Origin: Tubiluchus corallicola
Taxonomy: Eukaryota; Animalia; Priapulida
Reading direction: 5' to 3'
DNA length: 64,000 nt
NCBI GenBank assembly: GCA_030141605.1
Contig: JAQGDQ010000423.1
Coordinates: forward strand, 84,177 to 148,176
A program made the position numbers and the translations under genes. Positions 1 through 10,254 of the stretch are shown here, in pieces. The notes under the pieces are model-generated. The model saw only the letters and a list, made by a program, of their open reading frames with translations. It had not been told where the DNA came from and did no database searches. Position 1 is the first letter of the stretch, and each line of letters starts with the position of its first letter.

Positions 1-1133
1 GGGGGCACCCATGTGTTACCCTGTATCCAAACTCGTCTGATCTGTATATGGGCAAGTACGTTAAAGAAACAGGTCAAAGAAGTGCCATGGATGTGACATT
101 AACAATAGCCGAAGAAGACTTGATGATGATACCAGATACCAAGGACAATGGAAAAATTGATTTCTCAACGCTAGGCTACCAATATGCCATACATCCACCA
201 CAGACATATGCTGAAGTAAGTTTGCTACAGTTTGCCACAGCTGGTGAATATATTTTGAATGAGGTCAGAAACATAACTCACAAGAGGCTTAGCCAAACAG
301 AAGGAGGATCTTGTATTAACTATCATAACTTAGATCCAGATGAGAGATTCAAACACTACGACATGTATGCCGAAAGCCTGAATTTAACATACTCAAAACT
401 TACTTGCCTTGCGACAAGCGAGCAAAAACGTACTATAGAAAAATGCAACTGTGTGCAGTCATATCGATACATAACTAGAGAAGTGATTCAACTTGTCAAG
501 CGAAGCAACACAAAAATACTACCATGCAGCACAAAGTGTAACGTTGCGCATGTAATTCACGGAGATGTGGCAGAGGACGACAAATGCTACTGTCAGTCAC
601 AACATTTTCACAATCATGTTTATGAAAACAGTAACTGTCCTAACCCGTGTGAAGAAACAGAGTACGAGATTTTTCAGAACAAATTCGGAGGGCAATTTGT
701 GGAATCTGATGATCGAGAATTTCAAGCACGATTGAAAGCAGCATATATCATGATAGCTGAGGAGCAGAAAAAGCCTGTTCTAGCACAAATGCTAGCAAAG
801 GCATGGCGGATGGAAAACAACAGTAATCCTCAAAATGATGTGAAAGAATTATACAGAGATTTCAAATGGAAACGGCACAACTTGCGCAAGAACCGTTTTC
901 GAGTGCAAATTAAGAATCGTGTAACTACTTTCATCACAGAAATCATGTCCTACACACTCACAGATTTTGGTTCGGATGCTGGAGGATTGGCTGGTCTGTT
1001 TCTTGGAGCATCTCTAATTGGGTGTCTTGAATGTCTGGAGCTAGTCATAGAGGTTATCAAATTGCCATTGACAAAACCCAAAAGACGCACCAGTGTAAGC
1101 GACCATCAACATGATAAATATGCAAATAAATGA
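1..1133 (+). CDS. DEG/ENaC (ASIC/FaNaC-superfamily) channel subunit, array copy 1, 5'-truncated by the window edge
   Basis: The open frame runs from the window start (GHPCVTLYP...) to TGA at 1133. It has a Cys-rich thumb (CNC...CPNPC) and TM2 SDAGGLAGLFLGAS with the GAS selectivity filter, and is near-identical to copies 2-4 outside the thumb. Confidence 0.92.
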   Translation, partial: GHPCVTLYPNSSDLYMGKYVKETGQRSAMDVTLTIAEEDLMMIPDTKDNGKIDFSTLGYQYAIHPPQTYAEVSLLQFATAGEYILNEVRNITHKRLSQTEGGSCINYHNLDPDERFKHYDMYAESLNLTYSKLTCLATSEQKRTIEKCNCVQSYRYITREVIQLVKRSNTKILPCSTKCNVAHVIHGDVAEDDKCYCQSQHFHNHVYENSNCPNPCEETEYEIFQNKFGGQFVESDDREFQARLKAAYIMIAEEQKKPVLAQMLAKAWRMENNSNPQNDVKELYRDFKWKRHNLRKNRFRVQIKNRVTTFITEIMSYTLTDFGSDAGGLAGLFLGASLIGCLECLELVIEVIKLPLTKPKRRTSVSDHQHDKYANK

Positions 1134-1874
1134 TAAATACAGCTCAGCAGTCTAGTCTTTAAATATCAAAAGGTTAATTAAGCCTAAATTTAATATAAAT
1201 TATCATAAATATTAATTATTTGTATCACGATTATGTATTTTTACTAATATTATTGGTGTAGTACTCTTGTTAGAAAGTTGCAACTAGCACAAATTTCCAA
1301 ACCTTTGAATAACAGACAATAGGATGCAAGTCACAACAACCATAACGTGAAGTATATGAGGTTAGAAATGACATACTGTTCTTAGTTGAACTTCAAGTAG
1401 GTATTAGTTGTCCAAAATTGTTTTGCTTAAAGATTTTTGTTTAAAAACAGTACTTTTTAGGAATAGAAATTTAGCTGTGAAATTATTTATCAAACAGTCG
1501 ATGCCAGCACCTTAAAATAATTTTTCCAAATTATTATAGAATACATTGTTCCAAACCTGCCTGCTAGAGAATTGTTTGACTTATGCTACAAGCATATTAC
1601 GCTAAGACGATTGACAAACCATCGCTTCTCGGTGCTAGCAATGCCGATTGAACATTCCCAGAACACAAACTGTTGCCCAAATTTATCATTGCTGCAAAAT
1701 AGTTGATGCAGTACATGTTTTTAAACTGGCAACAGCTTATGCAACACAAAGGAAAAGTTATATAACTTGTATTGCACACAATAACAGCGAAAAATGAATA
1801 CGCACTTCTGTTTATGCGCTGCCGTGAACAACGAAATGAATAGCATCTTTTTAGTCATAATCAAATTTTAAACA

Positions 1875-1957
1875 TTTTTTTTTATTTTGGAAGTGAAAAA
1901 TGAAAAAAATAGCCTGATATTTTTTCTTCGAACAATTTTGCTTGCTGAGCTAATTTT
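1875..1957 (-). pseudogene. Relic of the PCF11 exon 4 3' end plus intron start in the array spacer (also at about 4715-4794 and 7560-7640)
   Basis: The minus strand reads KLAQQAKLFEEK versus PCF11 exon 4 KLAQQAKVFKEK, with 31 of 36 nt identical to 11313-11348. Similarity continues into intron sequence 11257-11310. Confidence 0.75.
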
Positions 1958-2014
1958 GTTCTATCAATTTTCATTATGTCCACCCCATTAGCTGAACAAT
2001 AACATGTGTTACAA

Positions 2015-2297
2015 ATACTGACACTATTGATAATGCTAAACAAGCAGCTATTCACGCATAAGGTTTCAACAACAAGCCATTAGACGACTGCAGTTTCTCT
2101 TCACATCAGCAAGACAATTCAAAAACCAAACGCTATTGTGTCGCCAATCATCTAACAGATACTGACAATATTGATAATGCTAAACAAGCAACTATACATG
2201 CATAGGGTTTGAACAACAAGCCATTAGACGACTGCAGTTTCTCTTCACATCAGCAAGACAATTCAAAAACCAAATACTATTGTGTTGCCAAACAGAC
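2015..2297 (+). repeat. About 144-bp direct duplication just upstream of the channel start codon
   Basis: atactgaca.tattgataatgctaaacaagc... occurs at 2015 and 2159; two copies also at about 4852-5140, but only one at about 7699-7845. Confidence 0.9.
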
Positions 2298-2336
2298 ACG
2301 TACTTCAAGTGACATAAGGTTGTGCAAATGTGCGAA

Positions 2337-3971
2337 ATGGATTCTATTAATCATAAAAGTGACAACATTGAAAATACGACAATACTTGGCAGACTGTTAA
2401 AATTTATGAACAAGTCAACGATACACGGACTCGGTAACATAGCCAGTGCACAAAACAAAAGAAGGAAATGCGTGTGGTTAGTTACATTTTTGTTACTAGT
2501 AGCAGCTTTCTTCATGTGTATTGGAACACAAGCAATGAAATACAAAACCCAACATATCCACACTAAAATAACTGAAATTGAAGGCAACTTGTTTGTATTC
2601 CCAGCGCTGACAATCTGTGCAAGACATACCAGTTTGGTTAACAGTCAGCAGGTGTTGAATCGACTTGAAGAATTAGTTGTACATGAAGGCCGTAACGTTA
2701 CTGAAGCTTTTCAGATAATCCGAGGGGAATTACCAACATATTTAAGCAAGCAGTTTTTTACAATCGAGTGCGAATTTGGAGTGAGTTTTATAGATGGAAA
2801 AAACTCTCACTGCACAGAAGTAAACACGACACAAGATGATCTCATGAGAGGGAACCCATGTGTTACTCTGTATCCAAACTCGTCTGATCTGTATATGGGC
2901 AAGTACGTTAAAGAAACAGGTCAAAGAAGTGCCATGGATGTGACATTAACAATAGCCGAAGAAGACTTGATGATGATACCAGATACCAAGGACAATGGAA
3001 AAATTGATTTCTCAACACTAGGCTACCAATATGCCATACATCCACCACAGACATATGCTGAAATAAACTTGCTACAGTTTGCCACAGCAGGCGAATATAT
3101 TTTGAATGAGGTAAAAAAGATAGCTCACAGAAGGCTTCGTAAAACAGAAGGGGGATCCTGTATTGACTATCACCAATTAGATCCAGACGAGAGATTCAGA
3201 CATTACGACATGTATGCTGAAAGTCTGAATTTAGCATACTCAAAACTTTCTTGCCTTGGAACATGTGAGCAAAAGTATTCTATAGAAAAATGCAAATGCA
3301 TTCAGGCATATCGATACGTAACTACAGAGTTGGTTCAACATATCACAGGGAATGACTCGGAAATACCACTGTGCAGCAGTTTTGACACTATAATCCACAG
3401 AGACACTGCGGAAGAGGGAGAATGCTACTATCAATCAGAAAACTACTACAATAACGTTTACGAAAACTGTAATTGTCCTAACCCATGTGAAGAAACAGAG
3501 TACGAGATTTTTCAGAACAAATTCGGAGGGCAATTTGTGGAATCCGATGATCAAGAATTTCAAGCACAGTTGAAAGCAGCATATATCATGACAGCTGAGG
3601 AGCAGAAAAAGCCTGTTTTAGCACAAATGCTAGCAAAGGCATGGCAAATGGAAAACAACAGTAATCCTCAAAATGATGTGAAAGAATTGTACAGAGATTT
3701 CAAATGGAAACGGCACAACTTGCGCAAGAACCGTTTTCGAGTCCAAATTAAGAATCGTGTAACTACTTTCATCACAGAAATCATGTCCTACACGCTCACA
3801 GATTTTGGTTCGGATGCTGGAGGATTAGCTGGTCTGTTTCTTGGAGCATCTCTAATTGGGTTTCTTGAATGTCTGGAGCTAGTCATAGAGGTTATCAAGT
3901 TGCCGTTGACAAAACCCAAAAGACACACCAGTGTAAGCGACGATCAACATGATAAATATGCAAATAAATGA
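2337..3971 (+). CDS. Intronless DEG/ENaC channel subunit, array copy 2
   Basis: Single ORF with STIHGL (HG motif), hydrophobic TM1, FPALTIC post-TM1 motif, Cys-rich thumb and TM2 GLFLGAS. ATG 2337 is the start shared by all full copies; an upstream in-frame ATG lies at 2328. Confidence 0.95.
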   Translation: MDSINHKSDNIENTTILGRLLKFMNKSTIHGLGNIASAQNKRRKCVWLVTFLLLVAAFFMCIGTQAMKYKTQHIHTKITEIEGNLFVFPALTICARHTSLVNSQQVLNRLEELVVHEGRNVTEAFQIIRGELPTYLSKQFFTIECEFGVSFIDGKNSHCTEVNTTQDDLMRGNPCVTLYPNSSDLYMGKYVKETGQRSAMDVTLTIAEEDLMMIPDTKDNGKIDFSTLGYQYAIHPPQTYAEINLLQFATAGEYILNEVKKIAHRRLRKTEGGSCIDYHQLDPDERFRHYDMYAESLNLAYSKLSCLGTCEQKYSIEKCKCIQAYRYVTTELVQHITGNDSEIPLCSSFDTIIHRDTAEEGECYYQSENYYNNVYENCNCPNPCEETEYEIFQNKFGGQFVESDDQEFQAQLKAAYIMTAEEQKKPVLAQMLAKAWQMENNSNPQNDVKELYRDFKWKRHNLRKNRFRVQIKNRVTTFITEIMSYTLTDFGSDAGGLAGLFLGASLIGFLECLELVIEVIKLPLTKPKRHTSVSDDQHDKYANK

Positions 3972-5179
3972 TAAATACAGCTCAGCAATCTAGCCTTTAA
4001 ATGTCAAAAGGTTAATTAAGCCTTAATTAAATATAAATTATCATAAATATTAATTATTTCTATCACGATTATGTATTATTACTAATATTATTGGTGTAGT
4101 ACTCTTGTTAGAAAGTTGCAACTAGCACAAATTTCCAAACCTTTGAATAACAGACAATAGGATGCAAGTCACAACAACCATAACGTGAAGTATATGAGGT
4201 TAGAAATGACATACTCTTCTTAGTTGAATTTCAAGTAGGTATTAGTCGTCCAAAATTGTTTTGCGTAAAGATTTTTTGTTTAAATGTAGTACAAATTAGG
4301 AATAGAAATTTAGCTGTGAAATTATTTATCAAACAGTCGTTGCCAGCACCTTAAAATAATTTTTCCAAATTATTATAGAATACATTGTTCCAAACTTGCC
4401 TGCTAGAGAATTGTTTGACTTATGCTACAAGCATATTACGCTAAGACGATTGACAAACCATTGCTTCTCGGTGCTAGCAATGCCGATTGAACATTCCCAG
4501 AACACAAATTGTTGCCCAAATTTATCATTGCTTCAAAACAGTTGATGCAGTATATGTTTTTAAACTAGTAACAGCTTATGCAACATAAAGGAAAAGTTAT
4601 ATAACTTGTATTGCACACAATAACAGCGAAAAATGAATACGCACTTCTGTTTATGCGCTGCCGTGAACAACGAAATGAATAGCATCTTTTTAGTCATAAT
4701 CAAATTTTAAACATTTTTTTTATTTTGGAAGTGAAAAATGAAAAAATAGCCTGATATTTTTTCTTCGAACAATTTTGCTTGCTGAGCTAATTTTGTTCTA
4801 TCAATTTTCATTACGTCCACCCCATTAGCTGAACAATAACACATGTTACAAATACTGACAATATTGATAATGCTAAACAAGCACCTATTCATGCATAGGG
4901 TTTGAACAACAAGCCATTAGACGACTGCAGTTTCTCTTCACATCAGCAAGACAATTCAAAAACCAAATGCTATTGTGTCACAATCATCTAACAGATACTG
5001 ACAATATTGATAATGCTAAACAAGCAACTATACATGCATAAGGTTTGAACAACAAGCCATTAGACGACTGCAGTTTCTCTTCACATCAGCAAGACAATTC
5101 AAAAACCAAACGCTATTGTGTCGCCAATCATCTAACAGACACGTACTTCAAGTGACATAAGGTTGTGCAAATATGCGAA

Positions 5180-6817
5180 ATGGATTCTATTAATCATAAA
5201 AGTGACAAAATTGAAAATATGACAATATTTGGCAGACTGTTAAAATTTATGAACAAGTCAACAATACCAGGACTCGGTAAAATAGCCAGTGCACAAAACA
5301 AAAGAAGGAAATGCGTGTGGTTAGTTACATTTTTGTTACTAGTAGCAGCTTTCTTAATGTGTATAGGAACACAAGCAATGAAATATAAAACCCGATATAT
5401 CCACACTAAAATAACTGAAATTGAAGGCAACTTGTTTGTATTCCCAGCGCTGACAATCTGTGCAAGACATACCAGTTTGGTTAACAGTCAGCAGGTGTTG
5501 AATCGACTAGAAGAATTAGTTGTACATGAAGGCCGTAACGTTACTGAAGCTTTTCAGATAATCCGAGGGGAATTACCACCATATTTAAGCAAGCAGTTTT
5601 TTACAATCGAGTGCGAATTTGGAGTGAGTTTTATAGATGGAAAAGAAACTTACTGCGTAGAAATGTACACGACACACTATGACTTCTTGAGGGGGCACCC
5701 ATGTGTTACTCTGTATCCAAACTCGTCTGATCTGTATATGGGCAAGTACGTTAAAGAAACAGGTCAAAGAAGTGCCATGGATGTGACATTAACAATAGCC
5801 GAAGAAGACTTGATGATGATACCAGATACCAAGGACAATGGAAAAATTGATTTCTCAACACTAGGCTACCAATATGCCATACATCCACCTCAGACATATG
5901 CTGAAATAAACTTGCTACAGTTTGCCGCAGCTGGTGAATATATTTTAAATGAGGTCACAAACGTGTCTTATGACAGACTCAGTAAACAAGAAGGAGGATC
6001 TTGCATTAATTATCACCAATTAGATCCAGACGAGAGATTCAGACATTACGACATGTATGCAGAAAGTCTGAATTTAACATACTCAAAATTTTCTTGCCTT
6101 GGAACATGTGAGCATAAGTATTCCATAGAAAAATGTAAATGCATTCAGGCATATCGATACGTAACTACAGAGTTGGTTCGACGTATCACGGGGAATGACT
6201 CGGAAATACCGCTTTGCAGCAGCAGATGTAACACTATAATCCCCAGCGACACAGCTGAAGAGGAAGAATGCTACTGTCAATCAGAAAAGTTTTACAATTA
6301 CGTTTACGAAAACTGTAACTGTCCTAACCCATGCCAAGAAACAGAGTACGAGATTTTTCAGAACAAATTCGGAGGGCAATTTGTGGAATCTGATGATCGA
6401 GAATTTCAAGCACGATTGAAAGCAGCATATATCATGATAGCTGAGGAGCAGAAAAAGCCTGTTTTAGCACAAATGCTAGCAAAGGCATGGCAAATGGAAA
6501 AAACCGGTAATCCTCAAAATGATGTGAAAGAATTATACAGAGATTTCAAATGGAAACGGCACAACTTGCGCAAGAACCGTTTTCGAGTGCAAATTAAGAA
6601 TCGTGTAACTACTTTTATCACAGAAATCATGTCCTACACACTCACAGATTTTGGTTCGGATGCTGGAGGATTGGCTGGTCTGTTTCTTGGAGCATCTCTA
6701 ATTGGGTGTCTTGAATGTCTGGAGCTAGTCATAGAGGTTATCAAATTGCCATTGACAAAACCCAAAAGACGCACCAGTGTAAGCGACCATCAACATGATA
6801 AATATGCAAATAAATGA
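5180..6817 (+). CDS. Intronless DEG/ENaC channel subunit, array copy 3
   Basis: Same architecture as copy 2, but the HG motif reads STIPGL. The first in-frame ATG is at 5180. Confidence 0.95.
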   Translation: MDSINHKSDKIENMTIFGRLLKFMNKSTIPGLGKIASAQNKRRKCVWLVTFLLLVAAFLMCIGTQAMKYKTRYIHTKITEIEGNLFVFPALTICARHTSLVNSQQVLNRLEELVVHEGRNVTEAFQIIRGELPPYLSKQFFTIECEFGVSFIDGKETYCVEMYTTHYDFLRGHPCVTLYPNSSDLYMGKYVKETGQRSAMDVTLTIAEEDLMMIPDTKDNGKIDFSTLGYQYAIHPPQTYAEINLLQFAAAGEYILNEVTNVSYDRLSKQEGGSCINYHQLDPDERFRHYDMYAESLNLTYSKFSCLGTCEHKYSIEKCKCIQAYRYVTTELVRRITGNDSEIPLCSSRCNTIIPSDTAEEEECYCQSEKFYNYVYENCNCPNPCQETEYEIFQNKFGGQFVESDDREFQARLKAAYIMIAEEQKKPVLAQMLAKAWQMEKTGNPQNDVKELYRDFKWKRHNLRKNRFRVQIKNRVTTFITEIMSYTLTDFGSDAGGLAGLFLGASLIGCLECLELVIEVIKLPLTKPKRRTSVSDHQHDKYANK

Positions 6818-7878
6818 TAAATACAGCTCAGCAGTCTAGTCTTTAAATATCAAAAGGTTAATTAAGCCTAAATTTAATATAAATTATCATAAATATTAAT
6901 TATTTGTATCACGATTATGTATTTTTACTAATATTATTGGTGTAGTACTCTTGTTAGAAAGTTGCAACTAGCACAAATTTCCAAACCTTTGAATAACAGA
7001 CAATAGGATGCAAGTCACAACAACCATAACGTGAAGTATATGAGGTTAGAAATGACATACTGTTCTTAGTTGAACTTCAAGTAGGTATTAGTTGTCCAAA
7101 ATTGTTTTGCTTAAAGATTTTTGTTTAAAAACAGTACTTTTTAGGAATAGAAATTTAGCTGTGAAATTATTTATCAAACAGTCGATGCCAGCACCTTAAA
7201 TAATTTTTCCAAATTATTATAGAATACATTGTTCCAAACCTGCCTGCTAGAGAATTGTTTGACTTATGCTACAAGCATATTACGCTAAGACGATTGACAA
7301 ACCATCGCTTCTCGGTGCTAGCAATGCCGATTGAACATTCCCAGAACACAAACTGTTGCCCAAATTTATCATTGCTGCAAAATAGTTGATGCAGTACATG
7401 TTTTTAAACTGGCAACAGCTTATGCAACACAAAGGAAAAGTTATATAACTTGTATTGCACACAATAACAGCGAAAAATGAATACGCACTTCTGTTTATGC
7501 GCTGCCGTGAACAACGAAATGAATAGCATCTTTTTAGTCATAATCAAATTTTAAACATTTTTTTTTATTTTGGAAGTGAAAAATGAAAAAAATAGCCTGA
7601 TATTTTTTCTTCGAACAATTTTGCTTGCTGAGCTAATTTTGTTCTATCAATTTTCATTATGTCCACCCCATTAGCTGAACAATAACACCATGTTACAAAT
7701 ACTGACAATATTGATAATGCTAAACAAGCAGCTATTCATGCATAAGGTTTGAACAACAAGCCATTAGACGACTGCAGTTTCTCTTCACATCAGCAAGACA
7801 ATTCAAAAACCAAACGCTATTGTGTCGCCAATCATCTAACAGACACGTAAGTGACATAAGGTTGTGCAAATGTGCGAA

Positions 7879-9498
7879 ATGGATGCTATTAATCATAAAA
7901 GTGAAAAAATTGAAAATACGACAATATTTGGCAGACTGTTAAAATTTATGAGCAAGTCAACAATACCAGGACTCGGTAAAATAGCCAGTGCACAAAACAA
8001 AAGAAGGAAATGCGTGTGGTTAGTTACATTTTTGTTACTAGTAGCAAGTTTCTTAATGTGTATTGGAACACAAGCAATGAAATATAAAACCCGATATATC
8101 CACACTAAAATAACAGAAATTGAAGGCAACTTGTTTGTATTCCCAGCGCTGACAATCTGTGCAAGACATACCAGTTTGGTTAACAGTCAGCAGGTGTTGA
8201 ATCGACTAGAAGAATTAGTTGTACACGAAGGCTGCAACGTTACTGAAGCTTTTCAGATAATCCGAGGGGAATTACCAACATATTTAAGCAAGCAGTTTTT
8301 TACAATCGAGTGCGAATTTGGAGCGAGTTTTATAGATGGAAAAGAAACGTACTGCGTAGAAATGTACACGACACACTATGACTTCTTGAGGGGGCACCCT
8401 TGTGTTACCCTGTATCCAAACTCGTCTGATCTGTATATGGGCAAGTACGTTAAAGAAACGGGTCAAAGAAGTGCCATGGATGTGACATTAACAATAGCCG
8501 AAGAAGACTTGATGATGATACCAGATACCAAGGACAATGGAAAAATTGATTTCTCAACACTAGGCTACCAATATGCCATACATCCACCGCAGACATATGC
8601 TGAAATAAACTTGCTACAGTTTGCCACAGCTGGTGAATATATTTTAAATGAGGTCACAAACGTGTCTTATGACAGACTCAGTAAACAAGAAGGAGGATCT
8701 TGCATTAATTATCACCAATTAGATCCAGATGAGAGATTTAAGCACTATGACATGTATGCAGAAAGTCTGAATTTAACATACTCAAAATTTTCTTGCCTTG
8801 GAACATGTGAGCAAAAGTATTCCATAGAAAAATGTAAATGCATTCAGGCACATCGATACGTAGCTACAGAGTTGGTTCAACGTATCACAGGGAATGACTC
8901 GGAAGTACCGCTTTGCAGCAGCAGATGTGACACTATAGTCCCCAGAGACATTGCTGAAGAGGAAGAATGCTACTGTCAATCAAAAAAGTTTTACAATTAC
9001 GTTTACGAAAACTGTAATTGTCCTAACCCATGTGAAGAAACAGAGTACGAGATTTTTCAGAACAAATACGGAGGGCAATTTGTGGAATCTGATGATCGAG
9101 AATTTCAAGCACAATTGAAAGCAGCATATATCATGATAGCTGAGGAGCAGAAAAAGCCTGTTTTAGCACAAATGCTAGCAAAGGCATGGCGGATGGAAAA
9201 CAACAGTAATCCTCAAAATGATGTGAAAGAATTATACAGAGATTTCAAATGGAAACGGCACAACTTGCGCAAGAACCGTTTTCGAGTCCAAATTAAGAAT
9301 CGGGTAACTACTTTTATCACAGAATTGATGTCCTACACGCTCACAGATTTTGGTTCGGATGCTGGAGGATTGGCTGGTCTGTTTCTTGGAGCATCTCTAA
9401 TTGGGTGTGTTGAATGTCTGGAGCTAGTCATAGAGGTTATCAAGTTGGCGTTGACAAAACCCAAAAACAGCAGTGTAAGTGACGTGCAACATGAATAA
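7879..9498 (+). CDS. Intronless DEG/ENaC channel subunit, array copy 4 (terminal copy, distinct C-terminus and 3' flank)
   Basis: Same architecture, STIPGL, ends KNSSVSDVQHE-stop. An alternative ATG lies at 7870. Confidence 0.95.
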   Translation: MDAINHKSEKIENTTIFGRLLKFMSKSTIPGLGKIASAQNKRRKCVWLVTFLLLVASFLMCIGTQAMKYKTRYIHTKITEIEGNLFVFPALTICARHTSLVNSQQVLNRLEELVVHEGCNVTEAFQIIRGELPTYLSKQFFTIECEFGASFIDGKETYCVEMYTTHYDFLRGHPCVTLYPNSSDLYMGKYVKETGQRSAMDVTLTIAEEDLMMIPDTKDNGKIDFSTLGYQYAIHPPQTYAEINLLQFATAGEYILNEVTNVSYDRLSKQEGGSCINYHQLDPDERFKHYDMYAESLNLTYSKFSCLGTCEQKYSIEKCKCIQAHRYVATELVQRITGNDSEVPLCSSRCDTIVPRDIAEEEECYCQSKKFYNYVYENCNCPNPCEETEYEIFQNKYGGQFVESDDREFQAQLKAAYIMIAEEQKKPVLAQMLAKAWRMENNSNPQNDVKELYRDFKWKRHNLRKNRFRVQIKNRVTTFITELMSYTLTDFGSDAGGLAGLFLGASLIGCVECLELVIEVIKLALTKPKNSSVSDVQHE

Positions 9499-10254
9499 AA
9501 TTTCTAAAATGTCAGAAGTTGAATATCCCAGACAACTGCAAGTATGGATAATCTTGGGTGAACTTTTGAAGGTGTTAATTGCTTCAACTATGATAAAGTG
9601 CAATAATTATTAAAGTTACTATAATCATTTATTACAACTGGTAATATTATCACGCATATCTGTCAAATGTGCCGATCTGAATTTGCAAATTTATAACGGG
9701 GATGTAAGATGCAAATTTCGCTGACTATTATAACTTGGAGCTGTATTGTAGTATTGCTGTAACATTTCTTAGGCTGTCCTTTTGACAAACATTAACTGAC
9801 CAAAATTTCTGTTATCAGGTAAACAATGTATTACACGACAATTTCATAAGACATAGTTTAATGACAATTAGGAAGTGTAGTTGAGCAATTTATTCAGGAG
9901 ATAATCACAGGACAAGTACACTGCAGATTCATTTTTCTGAACTGTCACACCTATCTGAAGAGAAATGCTTGAATTATATCCCACAAGCGCATTTATATCA
10001 AGAAAATTACTTGTCATTGTTTTACTATATTAACTTTCACAAGAAAGGAATTGTTTATGCTTGGTATTATTGCAAAGCATTTGCTTAAATATGTGCATTA
10101 AAATGTCAATGTGTGTAACACGAAGATATGTAACTTATATATCCTTTATTAACAGTGTAGAATGAATTTGCACGACAATTCAAGCAAGCGTTCTTGTTTG
10201 GACGCGGCTGTGACAAATGAAATGAATTGACATTTTTACGTTGAGACTTTAACA

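Noticed and set aside
2351-3434. Short antisense ORFs repeated in each channel copy
   Set aside because: Shadows of the + strand CDS; they recur only because the unit is duplicated.
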